Positions 40,761 to 54,102 of a stretch of 64,000 nucleotides of DNA are shown here, one piece after another; within the stretch, counting starts at the first letter, position 1; every line of letters starts with the position of its first letter. Made by a program: the position numbers and the translations under genes. The DNA lies in assembly GCA_048128005.1 (NCBI GenBank), contig JBEUKZ010000030.1, positions 1-64,000 on the forward strand, written 5' to 3'. Below the pieces are notes generated by a model. It searched no databases. It was not told the DNA's origin and was given only the letters and a program-made list of their open reading frames with translations. The DNA is from Veleropilina oligotropha. Its lineage: Eukaryota.

Positions 40761-41906
40761 TAACTAGTTAGACAACGAGTTGGTATGATTCTAGACAAAC
40801 AACCGCGCGCGGTTTGTCTAAAGGCGGCAACTCGTCCGCGTAAAAACAAACTATATCTCGAGAACATCTACATACCATACCAGCTTTTTTTCGCCATTCC
40901 GAGGCTCATCAGGCTCTTAATAATATAAGGAGAGGAATAGAGGGAGGTCAGTCAGCAAAACTACCTCAAACCAACCAAAAAAAATAAAAAAATAAAATAA
41001 AATCCAAAAATATTTCATAGTTCTATATTTTTTACTTTTTTCAGACGCACTCGTGATCAAAGTATTAGGCTCTGCTGCATTAGACTCAGGGCAGTAGTTC
41101 ATACCTTCCGACGTCACCTCGTTGTCCGAGATGGTTTTGCTACAAAAATAGGGGAGTGTGCAATACAAATTCATATAAACGTCTGACACACTCATGGTGG
41201 GGATAGGCTCTGGGGGCAGTAGCTGATATCTTCAGACGTCACCTTGATGTAGGTGGAGATTTGGTTACGGTAAATAGGGGAGTGTGCAGACAAATCTACA
41301 ACTAAAATGTTTCAGACACACTCATGGTGGGGATAGGCTCTGGGGGGCAGTAGCTGATACCTTCCGACGTCACCTTGATGTACGTGGAGATTTGGTTACG
41401 GAAAATAGGGGAGTGTGCAGAAACAAAAGCAAATAAAAAACAAGCACCTCTTGCACTACACTATACATAACTCATACCCAACACACGAAACCAGGCATAC
41501 TCATGGAGGATGGAGTATGCCTTGTTACTTCTTTCTTTTATTTTTCTCAAATATCAAATAAAATGCACCACTGCAATACACTACACATAACACACTCATC
41601 CTCCAACTTAATTAACTTATTTTTCAACATTTCTGAATTTTAATTCAGGCTATTACATTCTAATTTTTCTCTCTCGATTAAAGCCTTTTTTGAACTACAT
41701 AGCATATTGATTAACTAAATGTTGAAATGTTATGTAGGCGTAATGCATTGATATATTCAAATATATATATATATAATTTTTTTTTAGTAATATAACCGTT
41801 ATAACTTACACATTACGGCAGTATAATCAATAAAGATAACCAATAGCTGTCATTTTCTCATGTTCACTTACAGTAACTACTAAATTTATTTTCTATTATT
41901 TTACAG

Positions 41907-42012
41907 TTTTTTTGGTGGCCCTGAATGGGAACGTTGGATCGGTTGGACGGACGGTGCAGCCTGAAAGCGGGGTTCGGCCTTTTCTCTTCAGTGCGTGTGC
42001 GACATCCATGGC
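41907..42012 (-). pseudogene. H4: Histone H4 3' fragment, copy 2
   Basis: Minus strand AMDVAHALKRKGRTP, then ttcagggccacc and an A-run. Confidence 0.8.
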
Positions 42013-42119
42013 AAATATAAAGTAACAAGGCAAATATAAAGTAAAGAGGTCGAAATCACATAAACTGTGGAAGACCTCGTAAAATACGAAATAAACAACA
42101 ACAACAACCGGCTAATCCG

Positions 42120-43987
42120 CAGCATCGGGTCACATCAGATCAGGCCGCTTCGGTAGCGCAGTGGGTAGAGTGTCCACTCTAACTTCACTGGCTTGTTTCC
42201 GCTGACGCGAACAGTAGTGGGATCGACCCCCGGCTGAGGCAGCACACATTTGTTCAAGTTATGAAGCACAGTTGTCCGTGACTGGCCGAAGAGGGCGGGT
42301 TTACCCGGCGACCGGGGTTTCCTCCCGCGATAACACGGACATGTCCTGCCTTGAACCTCGATGTTATAAATATACAGGACATTAAGCATAATTCCTCCAC
42401 ATCAGATCATTGCGAAGACAGCCGACCTGTGAACAACTGCGGATAATCGCGCGTTTCGAAACCGAAATGTGCGAACTGCGCCGGTAACCATAGCGCCGGA
42501 TTCACTGGATGTCCCGCATATCGGGAAAAACAAACACTGAATAAAACAAACAACGATAAATTATCCGTAACGAACCAGAAAATAAACAAAGCGAACCTGA
42601 ACACAAAAGATAGTAACAAAACACCGATATCATATGCCGACGCGGTTAAGACTAAAGTGAACGCATGCCAGACCGAACAACTAATTAAGTCTAATCCGAT
42701 TACGCCCCTTTCAGACGAATCACCAACAACCCCGGAATGTCAATTTAAACAACAAATAAAACCCGAAGAGTTTCGATTCATAATTCACTCACTTTTTCAA
42801 ATTCTGCATAAAACGTTAGAAAACGAAAGGGAGACAAACCAACTAAATAGCGAAGCGGACCGAAAAGAAAGACGATTTCAACTGTTAAACGAAGCGATAA
42901 TCGAAACTTTTGAGGAACTAACCGAAATAAATACGCCGCCAACTAACCAGGAACAAAACCCCCCAACTCCACCAAAACCACAACGGGAAAAAAGAATCGG
43001 GCGTAGATCGCAAACCGATTCCCCAAGCGAAACTAAAATCGATCAAATCAACACTGAGAAATCAGCACCAAAAAACGAAATTAAACGCGATCCGATTAAA
43101 ATAGGAGAACCAATAGTGACCGCCATACCCGAAATAGTAATCTCCGAGACTCCAACGAGAGTAAATAACAACGTCACGGTAAAAACCAAAACAATAAACG
43201 AAAACACTAAATCTTCGTTCCAAACACCAAAACAAAGTACCAACGCGAAATCAGTAATTGAAAAGGCCAAAACACCAACTCCCGTAGGCAAACGAACACG
43301 CAGACAGTGTAAAATTGGGCATACAAACCAAGGTACGCCTGTCACAACCAAAAGTAAAGACAACAAACCTTTCCGATAATTATGGGATTACAAATTATAT
43401 AATGGAACGTCAGAGGAGTCGGGGCTAACAAAGCCGAACTAGAATTATTAATCAACAGTTCAAAACCCGATGTAATATGCTTACAGGAAACACTACTAAC
43501 CAAATCCGCCAAATTCGGCTTACACGGATATACCACACTGCGTAAAGACTTTCCAAAGGGAAACAACACGCCATCACGCGGATTAGCTATTTGCGTAAAA
43601 AATAATTTACAGTATCGCGAATTCAATTTAAACTTAGCTACACTCAATGGTAACAGTATACAAATATACTATGAAAACAAAACCCTCAGAATCATTAACC
43701 TATATCGGAATCAAGAACATAGCGCCCAACAACTAAAAGACGACTTAGATATTTTAACCGCTAATCATAACGATAAAACCATTATAGTAGGAGACTTAAA
43801 CTCACACAATCCCTTGTGGGGGAGCGACCGAACCACCCCACACGGCACAAATATAACAGATTTTGCAGAGGAAAATAGTTTCGTAATTTTAAACGACCCC
43901 CATTGCGGTACTAGATATAATCCGATTAATCAAACTCACTCAATGATCGATTTATCCATCGCGTCCGACACAATTGCTCACAAATGT
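42120..43987 (+). mobile_element. I-group LINE ORF1 C-terminus plus ORF2 endonuclease start
   Basis: Zinc knuckle KCANCAGNHSAGFTGCPAY; ORF1 ends at 43379; ORF2 starts MGLQII*WNVRG...ICLQET...GDLNSHNPLWG. Confidence 0.85.
42143..42397 (+). mobile_element. tRNA-derived SINE family 2, full length with TSD
   Basis: A box gtagcgcagtgg, B-box-like gggatcgacccc, V-domain-like ggtttacccggcgaccggggtttcctccc; 12-bp TSD cacatcagatca (42131-42142 and 42398-42409). Confidence 0.9.
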
Positions 43988-45200
43988 CCCCCCGCCAGAA
44001 CCCCCCCCCCACAACACACTGTATGATAGTAATAATATTGGCATTTATAGCAAGTCCAGTTAGACTCCTTCAAAACACAAATCCTTTAAGACGTCTAGTC
44101 AACATTTCTGGATAATAAAAATAAATTTAGGCGGTAGTAATTTTTTAATTTGCATATTTTCAAGATGGCTGCCAACCGTGTCCTCCGATAACAAAGAGTA
44201 GCATATCTTAGAAACTTATTGGTCGAATTTCATGATTTTACTTTTGAATAATAAGCTTTATGGGATGCAGAATCAATTTCTGAGGTGACTACAGCAAATC
44301 GATAACAAGGTCGCATGGTATGGTCAAGGTCGAGGTCTTTTTTGTCTAAAATCCGATAAAATGGCATACATGTATCTCTGCTGGTAATTGGTAGGTTTGA
44401 TGATTTTGCTATCGAATTATAAGTGTTCTGGGATGCCAAGCGACTTTCTGAGGTGACTGAAGCAAATCGGGGCTAAGGTCACATGATATGGTCAAGGTCA
44501 TTTTGGGTCCAAAATCCGATAAAAATGGAATATCTCGGCTAGTAATTGGTAGATTTTCATGATTTTGCTATGAAATTTATAAGTTTTCTGGAAACCGAGT
44601 GAATTTCTGAGATGACTGAAGCATATCGCGCCATTTTATCTGATTTTGGACCAAAAATGACCCTGACCATACGATGTGACCTTGACCCAGATTTGCTTCA
44701 GTCACCTCTGAAAATGAGCCGTCGTGGCTCGGTGGGTTGTTCACAGGATTCTGGTGGCAGAGTCCCGCATTCGCCCTCGGTCTTGGCGACTAGTGACAGC
44801 TTGACTGTAATACTCTCAAAGAGAGCGGAGATGAATTCATGATCAGAACAGGCCGATAAAAACCAGGGATAATAATGTCTGCGCTTAGGGCTTGTTTATA
44901 ATGGAATACAGCGCATTATAAATTGACTATTATTATTATTATTAATTAGTGATCAAATGACCAATCTCTGTAATTTATTCACCAATTCTGATGACGATCA
45001 TTGTACCAAACGGTAAATGTAGGGTAAACCGATATCCGAGCCAAGGAATGGAAATAAAATATTGGCATTTATTTAATGAGATGCCACCAAGCCTAAAAAG
45101 CGCACTACATGTTGTCTTATGGTACCCCATTATGAAATTACCAATGCCATTAATTTTATGTGATTTTCCCCCTGCCAGTGCCCCCCAGGACTAGTGTTAA
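43988..45200 (+). repeat. Direct duplication of 30137-31392
   Basis: Near-identical sequence including the SINE; a ~40-bp deletion inside the SINE differs. Confidence 0.95.
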
Positions 45201-45785
45201 TATCCCGCTTAGCCACAACGAAGTCAAAAGCATAGTCAGAACTCACATTAACAATGAGTGGCAAGATGGTTGGAATCACCATGATAAAGGCAGACATCTT
45301 TTCCAACTTGAATAGGCAAACCAATTAAGATGCAAACTAGTAAACTTGAAAGCAAAACAATAACGCGCCTCCGACTCGGGCATTCAGGTTTACTAGCTCA
45401 TAGATACAGAATTAAACCATGTGAATCACCAAAATGTCCCCATTGCGACTTTCCGGAAACAGTCGAACATTACCTCTTAAAATGTCCCGCACATATAAAT
45501 GAAAGACAAAAGCTTAAAGATACGTTAAGAACAGCTAATATACTTGAAATCGACAGAAAAACACTTCTAGCACCACCAGAACCAGTAGCTACCTACCCAT
45601 ATAGGGCATTAGCTAAATATATCAAAGACACCGGCTACATCAACAAAATATAGACGAGTGCGCCACCACTAGGCAATAAACTGGCAAAAGCGGGCCTTTA
45701 ATAATATAAGGAGAGGAAGAGAGGGAGGTTAGTATGCAAAACTACCTCAAACCAACCAAAAAAAATACAAAATCAAAAAAAATCC
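45197..45785 (+). mobile_element. I-group LINE copy 3 (3' end only)
   Basis: QTSKLESKTITRLRLGHS..IKDTGYINKI*, 3' UTR and A-rich tail. Confidence 0.9.
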
Positions 45786-46728
45786 AAAAATATTTCATAT
45801 TTCTATTTTTTTTACTTTTTTCAGACGCACTCGTGATCAAAGTATTAGGCTCTGCTGCATTAGACTCGGGGCAGTAGCTCATACCTTCCGACGTCACCTC
45901 GTTGTCCGAGAAGGTTTTGCTACAAAAATAGGGGAGTGTGCAAAAACAAATTCATATAAACGTCTGACACACTCATGGCATGGTGGGGATAGGCTCTGGG
46001 GGGCAGTAGCTGATACATTCCGACGTCACCTTGATGTACGTGGATATTTGGTTACGGTAAATAGGGGAGTGTGCAGACAAATCTACAACTAAAATGTTTC
46101 AGACACACTCATGGTGGGGATAGGCTCTGGGGGGCAGTAGCTGATACCTTCCGATGTCACCTTGATGTACGTGGAGATTTGGTTACGGAAAATAGGGGAG
46201 TGTGCAGAAACAAAAGCAAATAAAATACAAGCACCTCTTGCACTACACTATACATAACTCATACCCAACACACGAAACCAGGCATACTCATGGAGGATGG
46301 AGTATGCCTTGTTACCTCTTTCTTTTATTTTCTCAAATATCAAATAAAATTCAGAAACAGCAAATAAAATACACCCACTGCAATACACTACACATCACAC
46401 ACTCATGCTCCAACTTAATTAACTTATTTTTCAACATTTCGGAATTTTAATTCAGGCTATTACATTTTAATTTTTTCTCTCGATTAAATCCTTTTTTTCA
46501 ACTACATAGCATATTGATTAACTAAATGTTGAAATGTTATGTAGACGTAATATATTGATATATTCAATATATATATATATATAAATATATACATTTTTTT
46601 CATTTCTAGTAATATAACCGTTATAACTTACAAAGTACGGCAGTATAATCAATAAAGTTAACCAATAGTTTTCATTTTCTCATGTTCACTTACAGTAACT
46701 ACTAAATTTATTTTCTATTATTTTCCAG

Positions 46729-46836
46729 TTTTTTTTTGGTGGCCCTGAATGGGAACGTTGGACCAGTTGGACGGACGGTGCAGCCTGAATGCGGGGTTCG
46801 GCCTTTTCTCTTCGGTGCGTGTGCGACATCCATGGC
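46729..46836 (-). pseudogene. H4: Histone H4 3' fragment, copy 3
   Basis: Minus strand AMDVAHAPKRKGRTP, then ttcagggccacc and an A-run. Confidence 0.8.
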
Positions 46837-47449
46837 AACTATAAAGCAACAAGTCAAATATAAAGTAAAGAGGTCGAAATCACGGAAAACGTGGAAGACC
46901 TCGTTAAAATCGAATAAAACAACAACAACAACAACCGTCTAATCCGTATATAAGTGTCACGTTAAAAGTTAGATGAGTCAGTAATTAACAGCTGGGTGAA
47001 GGCACTGGTCAAGGCGCGACCACTGTCACCTTAGACTACTTAAGTGCTATTGAACTCGACACGCGGGATTCAGAGAGATATAGGTAAGCTGAAAGTTCCT
47101 TTATTGATTCATGCGTGTCATACGAAACTGCCTCACTGATATATTACCTATGTATTGATCGCAAGGTAGTCTTTGAATAAGTACTGTTATTGTTTATCAT
47201 GGTAATAAAGTCGTATCTTCAATCTTCAACCTAGTCTCGATATTTTCGTAGTATATTGAATCGGTATTGGTCAGGTGGAGAGATTGACATTAATTTAAAC
47301 TCCGTAACGTCGTCGACATTATTTAAGTCCCTTGAGAGCCATTATAAGCCCTTCGCTAGAAGGCAATTCTCGGCACCGTGACAGTCCATAACTATACTCA
47401 GTCATTCTGACAAACCCATGGAGCTGAGGATCTCTCCATCAGCCATGTT

Positions 47450-48743
47450 CCTTGCACGGCACGCAAAGAGGGTATCAGCTTCCTCGTGATGACCCTGGAC
47501 TTGACTTGCTTCCTTTGTTCCATGTTCTTCAGCTTGACGCATTTGTCATCATGATTGGACAATACTGTGGCTTATTCCACTCTTCCATCACAAAATATGA
47601 AAATCCCCCGCCATTCAATGCAAACACCCATGGAAGGGAACGAGATGGCTTTAGCCCGAGCCCTCACTATCATACTAGTTTCAAAGTTGGCTCCTGGTGA
47701 GTTCTTTGAAATGGTACGGTGTGGATATGAAAAGTCGGCCTGTAAGTGTGCAAAATAGTGTAGCCTCATCAGTTGTACAATGATTTGAGCTTGCAAAGCT
47801 GGTCCATTGCGCCTCAACCTATTTACTAAGAGATTACATGCAAAAGATGAGAGTAATGATGATGTTGATTACTAATATCATAGATTAAAGTAATGTCATC
47901 GAAGCATATATAAACAGTCAATCATTTAGTTAACTTTAATATTAAATCTGACATATGATGTTTACTTGTCTTTTGTGATCCAACATGATTTGATATTTAA
48001 TCTTGAGTATGTGAACTTGACGTAAAATAACTTCAAATTTCCCGAATATCAGTTTAACACCCGTGCACTTACCGTTTGGTAAAATGATCGCCATCGGAAT
48101 TGGTCAATAAGCTTCGGATATCTGTCATTTTATCACTTTATTGGCCAAAAATGACATTGACTTTGACCATACCATGTGACCGTGACCTCGATTTGCTACA
48201 GTCCCTTCGAAAATTGACAGGACACCCCAGAAAACTTACCGCGATATATTTTATTGGATTTTGCCATTTTGGGACCAAAAATAACATTTACCTTGGTCAT
48301 ACCATGTGACCTTGAGCCAGATTTGCTTCAGTCACCTCATAAATTCGCTTGGCATCCCAGAACACTTATAATTAGCAAAATCAAGAAAATATACCAATTA
48401 TTAGCAGAGATATGCCATTTTATCGGATTTTGGACAAAAAATGACCTCGATCTTGACCACACCATGTGACCTTTACCTTGATTTGCTTCAGTCACCTCAG
48501 AAATAGAATCGGCGCCCCAGGAAACTTATAATTCCGAAGCAAAATCATGAAATTCAACCAATAAGTTTCTAAGATATGCTACTCTAAATTTTCGGAGTAT
48601 GAGATTGGCAGCCATCTTGAAAATATGTAAATTAAAAAATTGCCATGGCATAAATTTATTGTCATCATCCAGAAATGTTGACTAGAAGTATCAAAAATTC
48701 AATAAACCGTCGATGACTTGTGTTTTGAAGGAGTATAACTGGA
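47450..48743 (+). mobile_element. Academ-like transposase C-terminal Cys-rich remnant and right TIR
   Basis: Degenerate HG..DG..P...APGEFFEMVRCG..CKCAK..SCT..C; TIR is inverted relative to 30206 and 44056. Confidence 0.55.
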
Positions 48744-50010
48744 TTTTCTCCTGACTATAAATAAATACACCAGATATATATCCAGAATCATTTGCCAAAC
48801 ATGTTGTCAGAATGTGTTTCTTTATATTATTACTTATAGGGTCACCTCGCTGATCGACTGGTTTACCCCTTTCATGTCGATTTTCCTCACTAGATAATAT
48901 GGACACATGTGCCTAAATGACAGATGATAAATTAATGTATAATTCATTATTTGCTTGTAACTGTGAATAAGAGTTTCTTTTACATGCTCACAAAATCTCA
49001 TACGCGATCGTCACATTAGCAAACTATTTACTGTGAAGAATGTTTTCTGTGGATACAGTGTTATAAGTAAACTGGTAAAATTTGCTTTTAATAACTGATA
49101 ATCATGAATCATATTGCGATATGTTCCCATTCTCGCAGATGAGTGGATAAGAGTCGGTCCTAATTCAACCATACGCGATGGATGCGCTAGTTTTTCCATG
49201 AACCTTCTGTGGAAAGACAATTCAGGTACATGTACTTGCATTATAACAGTTACAGTGTTCGTTACTGATTGGGACGAGGGTTTAATTGGACGTATTCCGA
49301 CAAATATATGAGCATTTCGCGATATGGCAGTAGATGGAAGAAATAAATTCCCTCGACCCTTTCTATTTAAAATGAACGCATATAAACGAGAAATAATTAC
49401 CTTAATAAAATATGAATAATATATTAATAACAATATATACCACCATCATTTGCGAGATAAATGAGAGAGATGGAGAAAACAGTGGTCGCTTCTCCGGATG
49501 AGGAAAGGATTCGGCTTCAGTTGCTCAAATGACGACCATTGCCGCTCATCAAATGAAAGCCAACAAGAGAACCAACTCGGCTATTTAGGACTAACGTGTC
49601 TGAATTTACAACGAGTTCCACGGAGCATGCCTGTTACGATACAGCGAGGTTCAATACGCTTTATATGCTTGCTGTAAATTTTCATTCAATCGGCACCAGT
49701 CTAACCATCAATACCTTATCGTGTCCTGAAAGAAAAGACGCAGTTGACTAAAGACTGTCTCATCTTCTTCGAGGAGAAAAGCAGATGGTAGGCCAGTCCG
49801 TGCAGGATATTACAATACGTATGCTACTTATATAACTCGGTGATTGCTACTCCTAGGAGATATGCACCAATATTTCAGGTGAATTTACAGTATATATCAA
49901 TCTCTCCGGCGTGACATATCTGCAAGTGTCAATGCATCCATCGACATTTGGATACCTTAGGTTTGCGTCGATAATCTAAAATTCCGTTATCGACGCCACC
50001 GTTCGCTGTA

Positions 50011-50212
50011 ACATGTCCGTGTTATCGCGGGAGAAAACCCCGGTCGCCCGGGTAAAACCGCCCTCTTCGGCCAGTCGCGGACAACTGTGATTCATAACGA
50101 ACAAATGTCAATGCCTCAGCCAGGTATTGTACCCACTACTGTTCGCATTAGCGGAATCAAGCCAGTGAATTTAGAGTGGACACTCTTACCCACTGCGCTG
50201 CCGAAGCGGCCT
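50011..50212 (-). mobile_element. tRNA-derived SINE family 2
   Basis: Reverse complement of 42142-42345. Confidence 0.85.
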
Positions 50213-50229
50213 CACCAACTTTTGAAGAT

Positions 50230-51398
50230 ATAACAACTGCATCGACACGGGCAAACCAGTTGATATCATATATCTTGATTTTCAAAAGGCATTCGATAAA
50301 GTACCACATAAACGACTATTACAAAAATTAGGTAATCATGGAATAAAAGCCCACTACCAAATTGGATAGGTTTGTGGCTACAAAATTGAAAACAGAGGGT
50401 TGTAATAAATGGAATTAAGTCAAAGCGGGAGCCGGTATTAATTGGAGTACCGCAAGGTTCTGTTTTGGGCCCATTGTTGTTTCTCATATATTTAAATGAC
50501 ATTGATGACGTCATTACATCTCTAGTAAAAAAGTTCGCTGACGATACCAAATTGTATAGAAATATGGAAGCGGAAGAAGATGCAAACAAATTTCAAAGTG
50601 ACTTAAATAATGTAGTAAAGTGGTCTGCGGATAGGAAAATGCTTTTCAACCACAGTAAATGTAAGGTAATGCATGTGGGTTATAACAACCACAGCTAAAA
50701 TTATGAAATGGGTTCGGAAAATTTAGAAGTAGTGGAAAAATAAAAGGATTTGGGTTTATGGGTAGACAAGACATTCAAACAATCAAATTAATGTGCAGAA
50801 TCAGCCAAAAGGGGAAATCAAATATTGGGAATGATAAAGAGAAACTTTAATTTTAAATCCAAGGCCATCGTAATACGCATATACAAGCAAATGGTTAGGC
50901 CGCATTTAGAATGTGCAGTGCAGGCATGGTGACCTTCTTGCAAAGGATATCAAAAGTCCAAAGAAGAGTCACAAAATTGATAGGTGATTTGAGCGAATTA
51001 CCATATGAGGACAGTCTAAGAGCACTCAACCTCACAACATTATCTTTGAGACAGATAAGGGGTGATATGATTCAGGTGTTTAAAATGTTTACATGAAAAG
51101 ACAACGTTGACAATAGTTTCGTTTTTCAGATGAAACAAAGGCATATCAGGGCGCATCAATTCAAGATTTACAAAAAACGATTCCGACTGGACAATAGAAA
51201 ACTCTTTTTTTCTCAAATCGGATTATCGATGAATGGAATAATCTTCCAAATATCGTAGTGGAAACGACGTCTGTAAACCAATTCAAAAATCGCATAGAAG
51301 AGCCTTTCAAGAAACAGGGCACGTTATAGATGACAAGATTACTATAATTGAGTTTTTATATGAGTGGCAGTAATACGCTTTCTAAACCCAAACAAATT
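50230..51398 (+). mobile_element. CR1 LINE RT/3' fragment, same family as 13681-15942
   Basis: VDIIYLDFQKAFDKVPH, GVPQGSVLGPLLFLIY, KFADD, many stops. The tail resumes at 54101-54132 after the nested HINE. Confidence 0.9.
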
Positions 51399-54102
51399 AT
51401 GTTTCCCCATCAAGGATGGGGAGACATATTGCTTTGCACTCCGTTCTCCTTCTCATTCTCCTCCTTCTTCCTCACTTTTCTTGTCAGGGCTAGATATCAG
51501 GTCCTATACATGCCATCATTATGTCCAAGCATGCCATTGTGCTTTTCGGCAAAATTTTGCGAAAACGATCTTCAACCTTGTGTTGCGCTGCGGGTCTTTA
51601 TAACTACTGGTTTGAACTTCGGTAACCGGCGGAATGCCCGTCACCGCGTACAGTATTAATGTGTTCTTAACTCTGCAGTGGATTTCGGAGAAAGTCGGCG
51701 ATCACATGGAGCATAACAGTTCGCTTGGTGTTAAGCCATTTCCAAGCAACCATTTACTCGGGTGATTCTCTGCTACTTTCTAGTATTTCACTTCGTCGAC
51801 TCTAGTCGTCTCAGCATTAAGGACCGTTGTGTTATCCATACTGGAACGCGGTGTTATAAGACAGGCATCCTCGTGACAATATGCTATCTCAGTGGAGTCG
51901 ACTGTGTTCTCTATTCCATCTCGATGCCTGGATATTACTTGAAGACGAAGTCGATAATGAATTCTGGACTATCCATTTAATTACATTCGGTTACATGGAT
52001 TACATAATCTAACTAAACATTATGTACAAAATGAGCCCCGCACTTAACGTGCTCCCTAGACACGGGCTAGGTCGGGACTAGCTAGCAAGAGCGCGCACAT
52101 GATATAACACCATACATTCTCGTCGGCGACACACCCTCGTCTCAACCAATCAATTATCCCGCTTTGGATTCACCCACTTAAATTGATCTCCCCTTTAATT
52201 AAACTCGTCCAATATTACATCAGAAACGCGTGCAAAATGACTCTGAGTGACAAATTGATCCTTATGACATTGCGTATCATTATTACATAATTCGGGCGTC
52301 ATTCGTCAGGAACTCAGAACTTAACATCATTAATCTCTATCACTTGTGTAAATATGTCAGCCAATTCCAGCATTATGTGACTTCAATCCTCGCTAACTGG
52401 CTTCCAACTGTTATTAATAAGATACACACAATTAAATCAGATCACCAGGTCACAATCAATCTCTTTTGGCAGGGGTGCTCAGTGCAAACAGTAGCTCAAT
52501 ACATTATATCAATATAGAAACTTATAACAATCTAAATAAATCCTTATTTAAGCTCAACTCATTAAGTACTTCAGGCATCGTATTGTAACACTTGACCTAA
52601 TGACCTTTGACCCCGAATTCGTGTCCGGCCTGGTTCTCGGAGATTTCAAATCATATCCTACTAATTTCCTTGTAGATGCATGGCCCACACATCAAGCATC
52701 TGCAGGGCGCAAAAATTTTGCACCTCCGACCTTGGCACTGTGACCTAGATAAAATTGCCATATTTGGACATTTTTATATTTTATTGATTCCCTAAATTTT
52801 TTTCACCAAATTTTTCTGACGATGAGTACATTATATAACAGTGTTCAATTTTGTTGTTCCGTCAAAGGTCAAGGTCACAGAAATCAAAATGTACTTTCCT
52901 GACACACATCTTATCCGGATTAGATCTCAGGTTATGTACATACTAGCATGATTTCCTTTGGTGTGCTAACCCCCCTTAACCTGTCATTGTGCAAGGCGAC
53001 GTAATTTTCCGAAAATGACCTTTGACCCCTATGTCGTGTCCGACCTGTTCTCTGAAATTTCAAATCTTATCCTTCTAATTTATTTGTAGATTCATGGCCC
53101 ACACTTCAAACATGTGCATGACGCTTAAATTTCGCACTTTTGACCTTTGACGTTGAAATTTCCATATTTGGGGATTTCTATATTTTGTTTTTCTTCATTT
53201 TTTTCCACAAATTTTTTTCATGAGGGTGAGTGCATTGTATAACAATGTTCAATTTTGTTGTTCGGTCAAAGGTCAAGGTCACAGAGGTCAAAATGTACTT
53301 TCCTGACACAGACCTTGTCCGGACTAGATCTCAGGTCATGTACATGCCAGCATGATTTACTTTGGTGTGATAACCCCCCTTAAAGTGCCATTTTTCCGAA
53401 AATGACCTTTCACCTAGCTGTAATGACCTTTCACCCCCAAATCGTGTCCGCATTGTTTCTCGGATATTTCAAATCTTATCCTTCTAATTTATGTATAGAT
53501 GCATAATGGCCCCACACTTCAGGGTGCTAACATTTCACACCTTTGACTCTGGCACCGTGCCTAGATACAAATTCCCATATTTGGGCATTTCCATATTTTA
53601 TTGTTTTCTTATTTTGTTTTCACAAATGTTTTTCCTGAGGGTGAGCACATTGTATAACAATATTAAGTTTTGTTCTTCGGTCAAAGGTCAAGGTCACAGA
53701 GGTAAGAATGTACTTTAAAGAACAGACTTAATGTCCGGCCTATATCTCAGATCCTATATATGCCAGCATGATTTCCTTTCATATATTATTCACCCCTTAC
53801 ATGACATTGTGCAAGGCGGCGAAATTTTCCAAAAATGACCTTTCATCTTGCCGTAATGATCTTTAATTTGATCCCCACATCGTGTCCGGGCTTGTTCTTC
53901 GTGATTTCAAATCCTATCAATCCTTCTGATTTATTTGTAGATGTATGGTTTACACTTCAAGCATGTGCAGGACGATACAATTTTGTGTTCCCTTATTAAT
54001 TTTCAATAGGCTGTGACATTTGGAACATGAGGGTCTGAGTGTGGAATGATTTCTCTCAAACGGGGAGACATATATTTTTTTACACATAAACAACTCCTCT
54101 AT
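51398..54102 (+). mobile_element. HINE with ~410-bp tandem repeats (family of 26156-27812)
   Basis: ttatgtttccccatcaaggatggggagacat hairpin start; ggggagacat..aaacaactcctct end; inserted in the CR1 tail. Confidence 0.8.
51581..52590. mobile_element. Solo LTR (Gypsy-like, 4-bp TSD)
   Basis: TGTTG...TAACA termini, cttg duplicated on both sides; interrupts a ccttgacctaatgacc repeat unit. Confidence 0.75.

Noticed and set aside
40880..40915. Minus-strand CTGATGA-GCC..GGC-GAAA hammerhead-like core
   Set aside because: There is no stem III or UH site. The first C comes from a rearrangement junction, and the paralogous copy near 34770 reads TTGATGA...GGCAAAA.
42143..42240. Genuine tRNA gene (also 3782, 19921 and ~57035-57115)
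   Set aside because: No complete cloverleaf; these continue into SINE bodies, and one has a TSD.
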